Program-made: the position numbers and the translations under genes
Shown here: piece by piece, positions 38,283-47,747 of the stretch
Numbering within the stretch: position 1 is the first letter of the stretch
Layout of the letters: every line of letters starts with the position of its first letter
From: a virus
DNA length: 64,000 nt
Virus record (IMG/VR): IMGVR_UViG_3300024274_000264
Reading direction: 5' to 3' (one strand)
The notes under the pieces: model-generated
What the model was told of the DNA's origin: nothing
The model's database searches: none
What the model saw: the letters and a program-made list of their open reading frames with translations, nothing else

Positions 38283-39194
38283 ATGAATGATATCCTTGAC
38301 GAAAACACAAAAGAAAAGCTTAAAAGAAAAATAAAAGAATATATTCCAGTGAAAGATAAAATCATTACCGAAGCAAAAACCTTCATTTCGGAAGCTGTGT
38401 ATTTTATTGCAAAACCATTTATTCTTAAAACAGAAAAACTAAGTCCTTTCACAAAAGACAATCATTTTTCTCTTTATAGAAGCTATATAGAAGCCGTAAA
38501 TCAAATTAGCCCAAAAATTGATACGGTTAATAAAGTCATGGATTCGTTAAATCCAACAAATTCTGAATTCAGAAGACTAAAACTTGATGAACAATCTAAT
38601 TTCAATGGAATAAAGTTTCACGAACTCTATTTTTCAAACATATCCGACTTAAATTCTCAAGTTAGAGCAGATAGTATTCCATTCATAAGACTCTCAAAAG
38701 ATTTTGGAACATTCGAACAGTGGCAATTAGATTTTAGATCATGTGGAATGGTTGCTTTAGAAGGTTGGGCAGTATGTTACTATGATCCATATTCAAAAAA
38801 ATACATGAACTGTGTTATCGAAAAACACTCAGAAAATATACCAGTTATGGGAATTCCAGTTATTGTTGTCGATACTTTTCATCATGCTTGGTTTAAAGAT
38901 TATAGTGGCGATAAAAAAGGCTACCTTAATGGGACTCTTCAAGAGTTAAATTGGGCAGTTATAGAGCAGAGAATGATGATTGCCGAAAGAGCAAACTTAG
39001 ATCAAATTTATGCGGTACAACCAATTCAAACTTCGAATATTAATTCTTTGGTTGCAATGGATGCGCCAGTTAATAAAATGCCAATAGAACCAGTTCCAGG
39101 AATGCCAGGTATAACACCAACTCTTCCTCCAGTAACAACACAACAACAACCTTTAGTTTCAATTAAAGAAAGCAAAAAAAATGAAAAAAAATAA
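38283..39194 (+). CDS. Fe/Mn superoxide dismutase-like protein
   Basis: H..LY..Y, N..KFHELYF, FGTFEQW, GWAV, PVIVVDTFHHAW..DY, LNW. Confidence 0.8.
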   Translation: MNDILDENTKEKLKRKIKEYIPVKDKIITEAKTFISEAVYFIAKPFILKTEKLSPFTKDNHFSLYRSYIEAVNQISPKIDTVNKVMDSLNPTNSEFRRLKLDEQSNFNGIKFHELYFSNISDLNSQVRADSIPFIRLSKDFGTFEQWQLDFRSCGMVALEGWAVCYYDPYSKKYMNCVIEKHSENIPVMGIPVIVVDTFHHAWFKDYSGDKKGYLNGTLQELNWAVIEQRMMIAERANLDQIYAVQPIQTSNINSLVAMDAPVNKMPIEPVPGMPGITPTLPPVTTQQQPLVSIKESKKNEKK

Positions 39195-39894
39195 GTTAGT
39201 TAAAGAGGAAAAGAAAAAAGACGTTCAAACAATTCCTGTTGTTTCAACAAAATCATCAACATTGCCTCAAGATATGTCTCTTGATCAAAAGGTCGACAGA
39301 TATCTCATTCAATATGAAAGAGAATCTATCCCACAATCTCAAATGTTTGCAGGACTAGGAGGCTCTCCAAGACCTTCAATTCCAAACGCAATAGCTCAAT
39401 TAAGAGAACATAAATTGATTAATTTCATTTTTGAAGCTGATGAAAAAGATCCAGAACTCGATCTAGGTGGCGATGTAGGAGGAGAAAAAGATTCTTCTGG
39501 CGGATTAGATTTAGGTGGATCTGATTCTCCTGGTGATGCCGATACCGCGGAAACAGATGCCCCAGAAGTAGAAACACCAGAATTAATGTTGAACGTTCAG
39601 AAATTTGCTGCAAACATAGCAAGATTAGTTAATAACTATGACGTTATGCTTGATCCAAAATCTGTAATTTTAAACAGAGTTTATGTTTACCTTCTTAAAA
39701 ACTACAACGAACAAACTGCCAAGGAATGTATGATCGTATTAAACAAATATTATCAGCTTAGCCCAAATTCAAAAGCAATGAAATCAACACAAGCAGGCTC
39801 TGCCTATTATTCCGCAGTTGGAAATTTAGCAGATGGTGGTTCTATTCCTAGTGGTGGTGGTGGAATGGGTGGCGGAGAATCAGGAGGGATTTAA
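39181..39894 (+). CDS. hypothetical, probable virion/scaffold protein
   Basis: Acidic Gly-rich linker, FIFEADE, Gly-rich tail. Confidence 0.5.
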   Translation: MKKNKLVKEEKKKDVQTIPVVSTKSSTLPQDMSLDQKVDRYLIQYERESIPQSQMFAGLGGSPRPSIPNAIAQLREHKLINFIFEADEKDPELDLGGDVGGEKDSSGGLDLGGSDSPGDADTAETDAPEVETPELMLNVQKFAANIARLVNNYDVMLDPKSVILNRVYVYLLKNYNEQTAKECMIVLNKYYQLSPNSKAMKSTQAGSAYYSAVGNLADGGSIPSGGGGMGGGESGGI

Positions 39895-39901
39895 AAACCT
39901 C

Positions 39902-40354
39902 ATGAAAAAAACGGTCATAGAAAATTTAATTGGATCTAGTGAGAAATGGTCTATAAAACTTGAATTTTCTTTTGAAAATTTAATTCAGGTAAAGAAAATT
40001 CTTTTTAGAGAAGGTATTTCCATGAAAGAATTTTTTAGCTTTTTATCTTATTTGATAGAACATAATCAAAAATATTATGAAATATATAGATTGATCATTG
40101 AAGAGATTAAATTGCTTAAAACGAATAATCAATTAAATCTTTTGAATTCGATGAAGGGAAATAAAAAAAATATTTATTCGTTATTAAATTCTTCGGATGC
40201 ATTTAAGAATAGGAAAGATTATTATAACAGTGATGAAGAAAAAATCAGTAGTGAAGAAAACGAAAACAGCAAAGAAATTAGTAGCGAAGAAGCTTCCTAC
40301 CAAAAATACATCGATGTTATCGAAAAATACAAACTTAAAGAAGACGCTGAGTAA
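39902..40354 (+). CDS. hypothetical protein
   Basis: ORF 39833..40354; ATG at 39902 is the more likely start. Confidence 0.5.
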   Translation: MKKTVIENLIGSSEKWSIKLEFSFENLIQVKKILFREGISMKEFFSFLSYLIEHNQKYYEIYRLIIEEIKLLKTNNQLNLLNSMKGNKKNIYSLLNSSDAFKNRKDYYNSDEEKISSEENENSKEISSEEASYQKYIDVIEKYKLKEDAE

Positions 40355-40592
40355 ATTTGAAAATCAAATTGTTATGGATAAATTAGATACCGTTTTAAAA
40401 TTTATTTCCAAATTGGAAAAAAGAATAGCGGATCTTGAAGACATAAATTTAAATTATCTTTCGATAATCGAACAAATGAATGATTCGTTAAATATTTTAA
40501 CAGGTGAAGTTTTAGAAGAAGTTCAAAAAACAGAATCGCTTGATAATCTTTTGGCGCTACCATCAACCAAGAAAAATAATTTCGACAATTGA
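40197..40592 (+). CDS. hypothetical protein with basic N-terminus and coiled coil
   Basis: KKKSVVKKTKTAKK; heptad pattern. Confidence 0.5.
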   Translation: MHLRIGKIIITVMKKKSVVKKTKTAKKLVAKKLPTKNTSMLSKNTNLKKTLSKFENQIVMDKLDTVLKFISKLEKRIADLEDINLNYLSIIEQMNDSLNILTGEVLEEVQKTESLDNLLALPSTKKNNFDN

Positions 40593-40607
40593 AATAAGGA
40601 GAATTAC

Positions 40608-41006
40608 ATGACATTAAAAGAAAAAATAATTCAGTTTTTTAAATCTGCATATACATATTTGATTTTAATTGGAATTGGTTTGGCAATTCTTGTTTGTTTT
40701 CTTTTCTTTAAAGAAAAGAAGGCATATGAACTTATTGAATTTCTTAGTAATAAATTAAAAGCGCGAGAACAAGAACTTGAAGATTTGAAAAAACTTGAAA
40801 TCGAACAGAAGAAAAAACAAGAAGAAATTGAAACAAAGTTTCAAGCAACCCTTAAAGAACTTGAAGAAAAACACAAAATTGAATTGTCTCAAATAAATGA
40901 GGCAAAAAAAGAAGAACTAAGAAATATACTTGTGAAATATGAAAATGATCCCGAAGCTCAATCGGAACACTTAAACCAATTATTTGGCTTATCTTCTTCC
41001 ACTTGA
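40608..41006 (+). CDS. membrane-anchored coiled-coil protein
   Basis: N-terminal TM helix followed by an E/K-rich coiled coil. Confidence 0.6.
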   Translation: MTLKEKIIQFFKSAYTYLILIGIGLAILVCFLFFKEKKAYELIEFLSNKLKAREQELEDLKKLEIEQKKKQEEIETKFQATLKELEEKHKIELSQINEAKKEELRNILVKYENDPEAQSEHLNQLFGLSSST

Positions 41007-41031
41007 CATGTGAAACATCCACGCCTATCTT
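41003..41031 (+). promoter_or_regulatory. sigma70-type promoter
   Basis: TTGACA-N17-TATCTT; GAGG RBS before ATG 41051. Confidence 0.65.
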
Positions 41032-41050
41032 TAGCAGATTGAGGCAAAAT

Positions 41051-41635
41051 ATGGATGCGAATTCCGAACACGACGTTGTTGTTAGAACTCTTTGGACAGC
41101 AAAAGAGGGATATGCTGCCGTTAACACAACAAGCAGAAGCGATAATTGGTCAAGAGGATTATCTCCATTTTTGAATGGGCCAGTTAAAATAAATGGGGAA
41201 ACAGCGTTTAATGTTGAAAATGCATATCAAGGATCAAAAGTATATGCCCAACATTTAGATGACAATGGAGAAATTAAAAACGAATATTATAAATGGCGGC
41301 AATCTGTGTACCGAACCAAACAGGCTCTTAGATACCCATTAGGAAAAAAAGAAAAACCTTTATTTCTCTATGTCGATGGAATTAAATATGATTACTGTGA
41401 AGGGAAAGAAAAGGTGTATATACCTTTATATTCCGATGCAGTTGTTTTAAGCGAAGCATTTGAAACACTTGTTGATTTTGTTTTTTGTCATAAAAAAGTA
41501 TGCCTTTTAGATTTTGACGCTTATGACCACACAGGATTAACACGAAATGAAATTATTTATAACCCAAAGAAAAAATTTGGACATGCATTTTGTTTAATGT
41601 GGTTATTACAAGAAATTTTTGAAATTAAAACCTAG
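41051..41635 (+). CDS. hypothetical protein (possibly DUF6939-like)
   Basis: LSPF..GPV, NVENAYQGSKVY, YIPLY, LLDFD, FGHAF. Confidence 0.6.
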   Translation: MDANSEHDVVVRTLWTAKEGYAAVNTTSRSDNWSRGLSPFLNGPVKINGETAFNVENAYQGSKVYAQHLDDNGEIKNEYYKWRQSVYRTKQALRYPLGKKEKPLFLYVDGIKYDYCEGKEKVYIPLYSDAVVLSEAFETLVDFVFCHKKVCLLDFDAYDHTGLTRNEIIYNPKKKFGHAFCLMWLLQEIFEIKT

Positions 41636-41664
41636 CAAAATTTAATTCCTGTAGTTAATGTCAT

Positions 41665-41865
41665 ATGAACAAAATTATATTGCTTTGTTTGGTGCTATTG
41701 TTAACTGGTTGTTATTCGACCCAAGAAATTTGGTGTTTTGTTGGGACATTTCGAGAATATCGCTGCCATGTTTCTTATGACGAATGTTTGAAAGACTGGC
41801 ATCTCGTTTGGGATTACGATATAGCTCACAATATACAACACCCATTACAATGCGAAAAACTATAG
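41665..41865 (+). CDS. small lipoprotein
   Basis: Lipobox LLTGC. Confidence 0.6.
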   Translation: MNKIILLCLVLLLTGCYSTQEIWCFVGTFREYRCHVSYDECLKDWHLVWDYDIAHNIQHPLQCEKL

Positions 41866-41881
41866 GAGATACAATACAAAA

Positions 41882-42358
41882 ATGGTTTTTTCTACGCTTA
41901 AAAAAGTTGCAGGAGCAACAATCGGATTAGTAATTGGCAATTTCATTGAATGGAATTTTCATAAACACGTATTGCACGGCTTGGGGAAAAAGAAGGATTC
42001 TTTATGGAACTTCCATTGGTATAAACATCACAAACAGTGTAGAAAAGATATGATCGATCCAGACTACCAAATGGGACTAAAGTATTTGTTTTCAACACCC
42101 GAATTTTTAGTTCTTTCATCTGCGATGGGATTAATTTTTAAATTGTTTAGAACCAAGTTTCCAGCGGTTTCGATTGGTGTTATTCTCTATGGGTTTTTAT
42201 ATTACTTTGTTCATATGAGATCACATTTAGATCAAGAATGGGGAGAAAAATGGATTCCTTGGCACGTCGAACACCATCAAAAAGGTAATCAAGAACATTC
42301 TTTCAATGTTGTTTATCCGCTGTTTGATTTAATTCTTGGAACAACTTGGAAACCTTGA
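41882..42358 (+). CDS. fatty acid hydroxylase/sterol desaturase family membrane protein
   Basis: His boxes EW.FHKHVLH, HW.KHH, H..SH, WHVEHH; DLILGT. Confidence 0.85.
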   Translation: MVFSTLKKVAGATIGLVIGNFIEWNFHKHVLHGLGKKKDSLWNFHWYKHHKQCRKDMIDPDYQMGLKYLFSTPEFLVLSSAMGLIFKLFRTKFPAVSIGVILYGFLYYFVHMRSHLDQEWGEKWIPWHVEHHQKGNQEHSFNVVYPLFDLILGTTWKP

Positions 42359-42375
42359 TTTAAAATAAGACTCAA

Positions 42376-42717
42376 ATGCGCCAATTCTTTTTAATTTTAA
42401 AGAAAATATTTTTTTCTTTCTTACAAAAGAAAAAGGATAAAGAATTTAATTTGAAGTTAGAACCTGGATGTTCTTATCGAGTTTATTGGAAACTTTCCGT
42501 TGATTCTAAAAGACTTTCAGAAATAGACAAAACAATTAGATTTTTTACTGGGGAGTTGCAGGCGGTTAACACCAGAAAACATGGATTGATTTTAAATCCA
42601 AATGAAAGAATTTATTCTTTTTTGAGAAAAGGATTTGATACAAATACAGGTCAAAAATATATTCATAAATTAGACATACTTGAATCTGAAATTATGAAGC
42701 TTGAATTTGTTGGCTAG
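42376..42717 (+). CDS. hypothetical protein
   Basis: ORF. Confidence 0.5.
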   Translation: MRQFFLILKKIFFSFLQKKKDKEFNLKLEPGCSYRVYWKLSVDSKRLSEIDKTIRFFTGELQAVNTRKHGLILNPNERIYSFLRKGFDTNTGQKYIHKLDILESEIMKLEFVG

Positions 42718-43288
42718 GGCTTGTTGTGTTTTGTATTTCTTGGGTATTAGCCGTTTTTAATTTTTGGACGAACTTATATGTTTGACTAACTGAGTTTTGA
42801 AATCTTTTCAAAACATTTAAATATTGTTGTTTGGATTCTTCTGGTGCTGACTGTAATTCTTCTTGAAGTTCCCCAAACATTTTTGAATTTTTCTGTTGTT
42901 GTGCCGAAAGAATTTCCGCCAGCTTCGCTAAAATTTCCGTTATTTGTTTTTTAAGCTGATCCAAACTTTTGCCATTTTCGACTGCATCTCTATAAGTTCC
43001 AAACATTTTTGAAAATGTTTTTAAGAAGTTTCCTAAGATGGTATCAAGTTTAATTGCTTCTTCACCAAACGTTTTAACATTTTGATTGTTTCGATAAGTC
43101 TGCATCAAAAATGTGCCAAGGTCTCTATAATTTGCATTTTCGGCAAAACTTCGTAGCTCCAAAAAAATATCATAAAAAGATTTAAGAGTTGGATCGGTTA
43201 TTTGGTTCTCTGTTAGAGATATCTCTCTTAAAAATTTAAGTAATTCTTTTACTGAAATACGAATGGAAGGTTTCATAACAATACTCAA
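42692..43288 (-). CDS. helical hypothetical protein, possible internal head protein
   Basis: N-terminal LLKFLRE..LTE; minus-strand singleton. Confidence 0.55.
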   Translation of the reverse strand: MSIVMKPSIRISVKELLKFLREISLTENQITDPTLKSFYDIFLELRSFAENANYRDLGTFLMQTYRNNQNVKTFGEEAIKLDTILGNFLKTFSKMFGTYRDAVENGKSLDQLKKQITEILAKLAEILSAQQQKNSKMFGELQEELQSAPEESKQQYLNVLKRFQNSVSQTYKFVQKLKTANTQEIQNTTSPSQQIQAS

Positions 43289-43300
43289 AAGATAAATACA

Positions 43301-43888
43301 ATGCTAAAAAATATAACAGGTGATGCAATTAGATTTTACCGAAATAACGTAGTAAAAACACTCTATAAATTGTCCGAGGAATTTTACGAAGAAGAGAAAA
43401 AATTAGTTTTATTAAGTCCAAATATAAAATATGGTGACATTGACGGAATTAAATACTTTTTCTTAAAAGAAAAAGAACTCGAACCTATTCTAGAAACTTT
43501 TAGAGAAGAATGGTCAAACAAACACAGCATGTTTGATATATTTTACGATATAATCGAAAAGAAACGAGCAAAAAAAGAAAGTGAAATGTTTGTTATTGAA
43601 CTATTTCGAATAGGTCGACAAAAAACCATTTCAAATTCTTTCGAACTCTGTCTAGAAAATCTTTTTTTAGAGGCTGATAATAAATCAAAAGTTGACTATA
43701 ATCAACTTCATTGGTTTGAAACTCTTATGTTCTCTTTAAGAAATTATTTTATTCTTGATTTTGAAACAAGGAAAAGATATTTCGAAATAGTCTCGAACTC
43801 CTCATATGTTGGGTTTATAGAAACTATCCCAAAAAAATCTTCAACGCCAGGGTTACAAAATTTTTTAGTTAAAGAAATAACTCTTTAA
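43301..43888 (+). CDS. hypothetical protein
   Basis: ORF. Confidence 0.5.
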   Translation: MLKNITGDAIRFYRNNVVKTLYKLSEEFYEEEKKLVLLSPNIKYGDIDGIKYFFLKEKELEPILETFREEWSNKHSMFDIFYDIIEKKRAKKESEMFVIELFRIGRQKTISNSFELCLENLFLEADNKSKVDYNQLHWFETLMFSLRNYFILDFETRKRYFEIVSNSSYVGFIETIPKKSSTPGLQNFLVKEITL

Positions 43889-43897
43889 TTAAGAAGT

Positions 43898-44530
43898 ATG
43901 ACAGATACAGCAAAAAAAGCAATTCTATATTTTGCAATTTCTTTATTAGTTTTAGGTGCAGTTTCAGGTCTTTCTGCACTAATTTATAACGCAACAAAAC
44001 CAAACAACCATAACGAAACAAAGTATGGAGTTTATGAAATTAATTTAAGTGGAGACGAATGGGGGCGGTTTAATCGTAGACAATTAATTCTCGAAACATT
44101 GCCAGAGTTAAATAGACTAGGGCCTACAATGCGATTAGTTGACTCAGGAGGGGATGTTTTAGTTTTAATTGACCAGAATCAATCCACAACAAGAAATTGT
44201 TATTCTGGTGATTTTATGCAGTCTCAAAGGGTAATAACTTTATATCCAACTTGTATAACTTCTGATATCGAATTTAAATCTACATTCATGCATGAAATTG
44301 GCCATTCATTAGGAATGAATCATATTTGTAGAAGAAATGGAGAAGTAAATGATTGTTCTCCAGTAGTTCACGGAATATCTATTATGAATCCAGGTTTGGA
44401 TTACACAGATGTTTTTGAAAATCAATCAGTGTTTGATGAAATTAATCGAATATCGTCAATTCCATCTATTGAGGTTGTTGACCTTGATATAAAAGAATTT
44501 AATAGAGTTTGGAATGGAAAAAGATATTAA
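43898..44530 (+). CDS. membrane-anchored metzincin (matrixin-like) zinc metalloprotease
   Basis: N-terminal TM, HEIGHSLGMNH, Met-turn SIMNP. Confidence 0.85.
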   Translation: MTDTAKKAILYFAISLLVLGAVSGLSALIYNATKPNNHNETKYGVYEINLSGDEWGRFNRRQLILETLPELNRLGPTMRLVDSGGDVLVLIDQNQSTTRNCYSGDFMQSQRVITLYPTCITSDIEFKSTFMHEIGHSLGMNHICRRNGEVNDCSPVVHGISIMNPGLDYTDVFENQSVFDEINRISSIPSIEVVDLDIKEFNRVWNGKRY

Positions 44531-45315
44531 ATAATTTTTCCATATTCTATTGGTATAAATTTATCATTAGAGTTGAATGTTTGATAGTTTTTAACATGAC
44601 CAACGTCTAAAGTTTGAATTAGGTATTTTTCATTTATTTTAAGAAACCACAAATCTCTTTTTTCGGTTGTTGCGAGGTCATAAGCGTAACCTTCAGCTTC
44701 ATTTTCAGAAGTTGTGACAAATATGTTTTTTGGAAACAGGTTCTTATCAACTAAATTCTGTAATTGCTCTCTGTCTTTTGTAGGTCTAGCAGTATATACA
44801 GAAATAATTTTATTCTTTTTTACTTTGCCGTTTTTTAAAAAATTTACAAGATTGAAATAATCTGCTTCTACATCGGGATCTTTAAAGAAAAAACCATCAC
44901 CAGCTTCTAAAACATCTTCAACCATTTTATCTTCACCAGATACAAACAAAGTGAAAGAAGGCTGATCGAGATTTTTATCTATTGTTGGGTCTTTTGTAAC
45001 ATAGATATAGGAATCTTCCATTGGACTTGTTTCAAACTTTTCGCCACCATATTCATAGTTTGTTTGAATATTTGGAACGACAAAAACATTAGAGCCATTC
45101 CAAGAAGATTCTAAAGCTTTCAAAGCAGGAATTATTATACTGTTTAAGTTCTTTTTTTGAAGTTTAATTGTTTCTTCTTGAGCATATTTTAATAATTCTT
45201 CCGCGCGATTTTCAGTTAAATCAAGGTCTTCAATTGCTGTTTTTAAAAAATTATAATAGTCTTTGGCGTTTATTTGCAGTTCCACTTTTGATTCAAAAAT
45301 AAATTTTTTTAACAT
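44527..45315 (-). CDS. FIFES-leader protein with ADP-ribosyltransferase-like C-terminal motifs
   Basis: MLKKFIFES; VYTARP ... IFVTTSENEAEGYA. Confidence 0.5.
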   Translation of the reverse strand: MLKKFIFESKVELQINAKDYYNFLKTAIEDLDLTENRAEELLKYAQEETIKLQKKNLNSIIIPALKALESSWNGSNVFVVPNIQTNYEYGGEKFETSPMEDSYIYVTKDPTIDKNLDQPSFTLFVSGEDKMVEDVLEAGDGFFFKDPDVEADYFNLVNFLKNGKVKKNKIISVYTARPTKDREQLQNLVDKNLFPKNIFVTTSENEAEGYAYDLATTEKRDLWFLKINEKYLIQTLDVGHVKNYQTFNSNDKFIPIEYGKII

Positions 45316-45338
45316 TGCAAAATTTAATTACAAGCCAT

Positions 45339-46166
45339 AACATGCAAAATATGAATAACGAACTTAATGTTATAGTTTTTAGCCGAAATCGAGCTATGCA
45401 GCTTGATTTGCTTTTAACTTCTCTTAAACAGACATTTAAAGAATATAACAAAACAAAAATCAATGTCATATACGATTTTACCGATACGGAATTTTACGAC
45501 GGATATGAATTATTAAAAGAGCAAACGGATAAAAATATAAATTTTGTTACCGATAATGAATATGGATCATTTAAAACTACAGTTTTAAATCTTTTAGACC
45601 CAAAAAAAGATTTAACCATGTTTTTGTGTGACGATATTATTTTTTCGAATGATTGGTCTTTAACAGATAAAGAAATTGAAGTTTTAAAAACTGATGAAAC
45701 TATTATCGCAACTTCGCTTAGACTTTGGGATGGAATTGATTTTTGCTATGCGACAAATCAAAAAAGCCAGTGTCCAAAACTAGAAAATGGTATATGGAAC
45801 TGGACTACTTCTGTAGGAGATTGGGGTTATCCAATGTCTGTTGATGGAAACATCTATAAAACAGAGTTTATTTTGTCTAAAATAAACGAAGTTGCGTTCA
45901 AAACACCAAACGAATTAGAGGCGGTCTTAGCAATAACAGCCGATCGAAGTAAACCAAATTATTGTTGCTATGTGACAGAACCAAAACTTTTTAACATCCC
46001 AGCCAACATAGTCCAAACTACATTTCAAAACAAACATGGAAATATTAAAACTGCAAATCAATTAAATTACTTGTTTTTAAATGGTAAAAGATTAGATGAA
46101 AAATTTTACTTTGGAAAAAAATTCAACACAGTTCATGTTGAACTGGATTTAAAAGTAAAGGATTAA
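45339..46166 (+). CDS. glycosyltransferase (GT-A fold)
   Basis: IVFSRNRAMQL..LL.S, FLCDDIIF, WGYPMSVDG, PNELE; start approximate. Confidence 0.75.
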   Translation, partial: NMQNMNNELNVIVFSRNRAMQLDLLLTSLKQTFKEYNKTKINVIYDFTDTEFYDGYELLKEQTDKNINFVTDNEYGSFKTTVLNLLDPKKDLTMFLCDDIIFSNDWSLTDKEIEVLKTDETIIATSLRLWDGIDFCYATNQKSQCPKLENGIWNWTTSVGDWGYPMSVDGNIYKTEFILSKINEVAFKTPNELEAVLAITADRSKPNYCCYVTEPKLFNIPANIVQTTFQNKHGNIKTANQLNYLFLNGKRLDEKFYFGKKFNTVHVELDLKVKD

Positions 46167-46192
46167 AAAATTGAAATTCAATTTCCCATTTT

Positions 46193-46621
46193 ATGAAAAA
46201 AAATTTTAACCAAGAAGTGTGTTCGCTTGCGTACCAATATTTTTTAATTTGGGCGAAGAAAGAGTTTGAAACAAATCCAGATCTTGATTACCAGTCAATC
46301 ATATATTATCCACATTATCCGCTGCTTCGGCGCACAGAAAATAGTGTTGTAATTCAAATGCATACGTTAGTTTCAAACAAAGAAGATCTTGTTAAATTTA
46401 TTAAAAAAAAGATTCAATCCGTAAACATGGAGTTTAAAACAGATCTTTTTTTTGATTTACTAATGAGATATTTTGTTGAAAATTATAAACTGAAAAAATT
46501 AGGAACCAACACAACAAAAAACCAATATGGTTCTTATCATTTTATTGTTGATAGAAATTTATCTTGGTTTTTCTACAATAAAAAAACCGAAGAGCTAACA
46601 GAACTAAAAAAGGAAACATAA
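46193..46621 (+). CDS. hypothetical protein
   Basis: ORF. Confidence 0.5.
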   Translation: MKKNFNQEVCSLAYQYFLIWAKKEFETNPDLDYQSIIYYPHYPLLRRTENSVVIQMHTLVSNKEDLVKFIKKKIQSVNMEFKTDLFFDLLMRYFVENYKLKKLGTNTTKNQYGSYHFIVDRNLSWFFYNKKTEELTELKKET

Positions 46622-46624
46622 AAT

Positions 46625-47455
46625 ATGGCAATATATCTTTCGACAAATCCCGATGGCGGCAACATTGAAGGTATTGGTGTAATGGTACAATCACAACTGT
46701 TTACCAAAGCTTTAAGCCAACTTTTTAATTGCAACTATATTTTTAGAGGTTTTAAAAATTTTACACATTACCAATATTTCGATATAACGCAAGAGAGGTT
46801 TATGGATGACATAAACTATCTTTTTAATTTATATGAAAATGAAACGCTTCGGCCTGAAAAAATATCGGTTTCATCAGAAGATGAATTTAAAAAGTTTGTA
46901 TCAAGACAATCGGATTCTAATCTTGAATTGGAATTAGAACCAGGGCTGGTAACAAAATTAGGTCAGCAGTATTTACAAGAATTTGAAAAACATGGTTTTA
47001 TCAAACAAATAAAAAATAGATTTAATTTAAAACAAGAAAATCGAAAAAATGACTTTATCATTGCTGTCCATATTAGAAAATTCACAAAAACAGATTTAGA
47101 CCCTTCTCCTTTTAGGGATTATTTTTCAAAAGAAAAAGAAGATTATTATCTAAATTTAGTAGACGGATTGCGAGAAACATATAAATCAAAAAATCCAAAA
47201 TTTCAAATATATTCACAAGGATATATTGAAGACTTTAATTTTTTAAAAGCAGAAGATACTTCTTTTTTTATTGAAGAGTATCCTCTAGATTCATTTGAAA
47301 AGATGTTATCTTCTGATGTTTTTGTAATGGCAAACAGTTCCTTAAGTTACATTGTTCATTTGTTAAGAGATAAAATTACTTACTGTAAAACAGGTTTTTA
47401 TCACAAAACATATGAAAACTTAAAGATGTTTATTGGATATGACGGATTAATATAA
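46625..47455 (+). CDS. GT11/alpha-1,2-fucosyltransferase-like glycosyltransferase
   Basis: EGIG..Q, IAVHIRK..D, YY, DVFVMANSSLS. Confidence 0.7.
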   Translation: MAIYLSTNPDGGNIEGIGVMVQSQLFTKALSQLFNCNYIFRGFKNFTHYQYFDITQERFMDDINYLFNLYENETLRPEKISVSSEDEFKKFVSRQSDSNLELELEPGLVTKLGQQYLQEFEKHGFIKQIKNRFNLKQENRKNDFIIAVHIRKFTKTDLDPSPFRDYFSKEKEDYYLNLVDGLRETYKSKNPKFQIYSQGYIEDFNFLKAEDTSFFIEEYPLDSFEKMLSSDVFVMANSSLSYIVHLLRDKITYCKTGFYHKTYENLKMFIGYDGLI

Positions 47456-47668
47456 TTATGTTCCGCTGATTGTAATAGAGCCAGAGTATGACAATACGTG
47501 GTAATTAAGACCATCGCATTTAAGTACGACTGAGCATCCTACAGAACTACTAAGTGTTAGTTTTGAGCCAAAACCAACGTTTGATGTACTTCTGGCTACG
47601 CTAAAACCAGAACTGTTATTTGTTGTTACTATGCCAGATGTTTCATCTGTACGTGTTCCTAAAGATAT
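47456..47668 (-). pseudogene. start-less 70-codon fragment of a beta-rich (structural-like) protein
   Basis: ISLGTRTDETSG...GSKLTLSSSVGCSVVLKCDGLNYHVLSYSGSITISGT*; in-frame stop upstream, no ATG. Confidence 0.5.
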
Positions 47669-47747
47669 TTAATATAAATCTCCGAAAATAAATATTGAAA
47701 GAAATGTAATTTTACATTTTCCTGTTATTGTTTATAAAATCCAGGAG

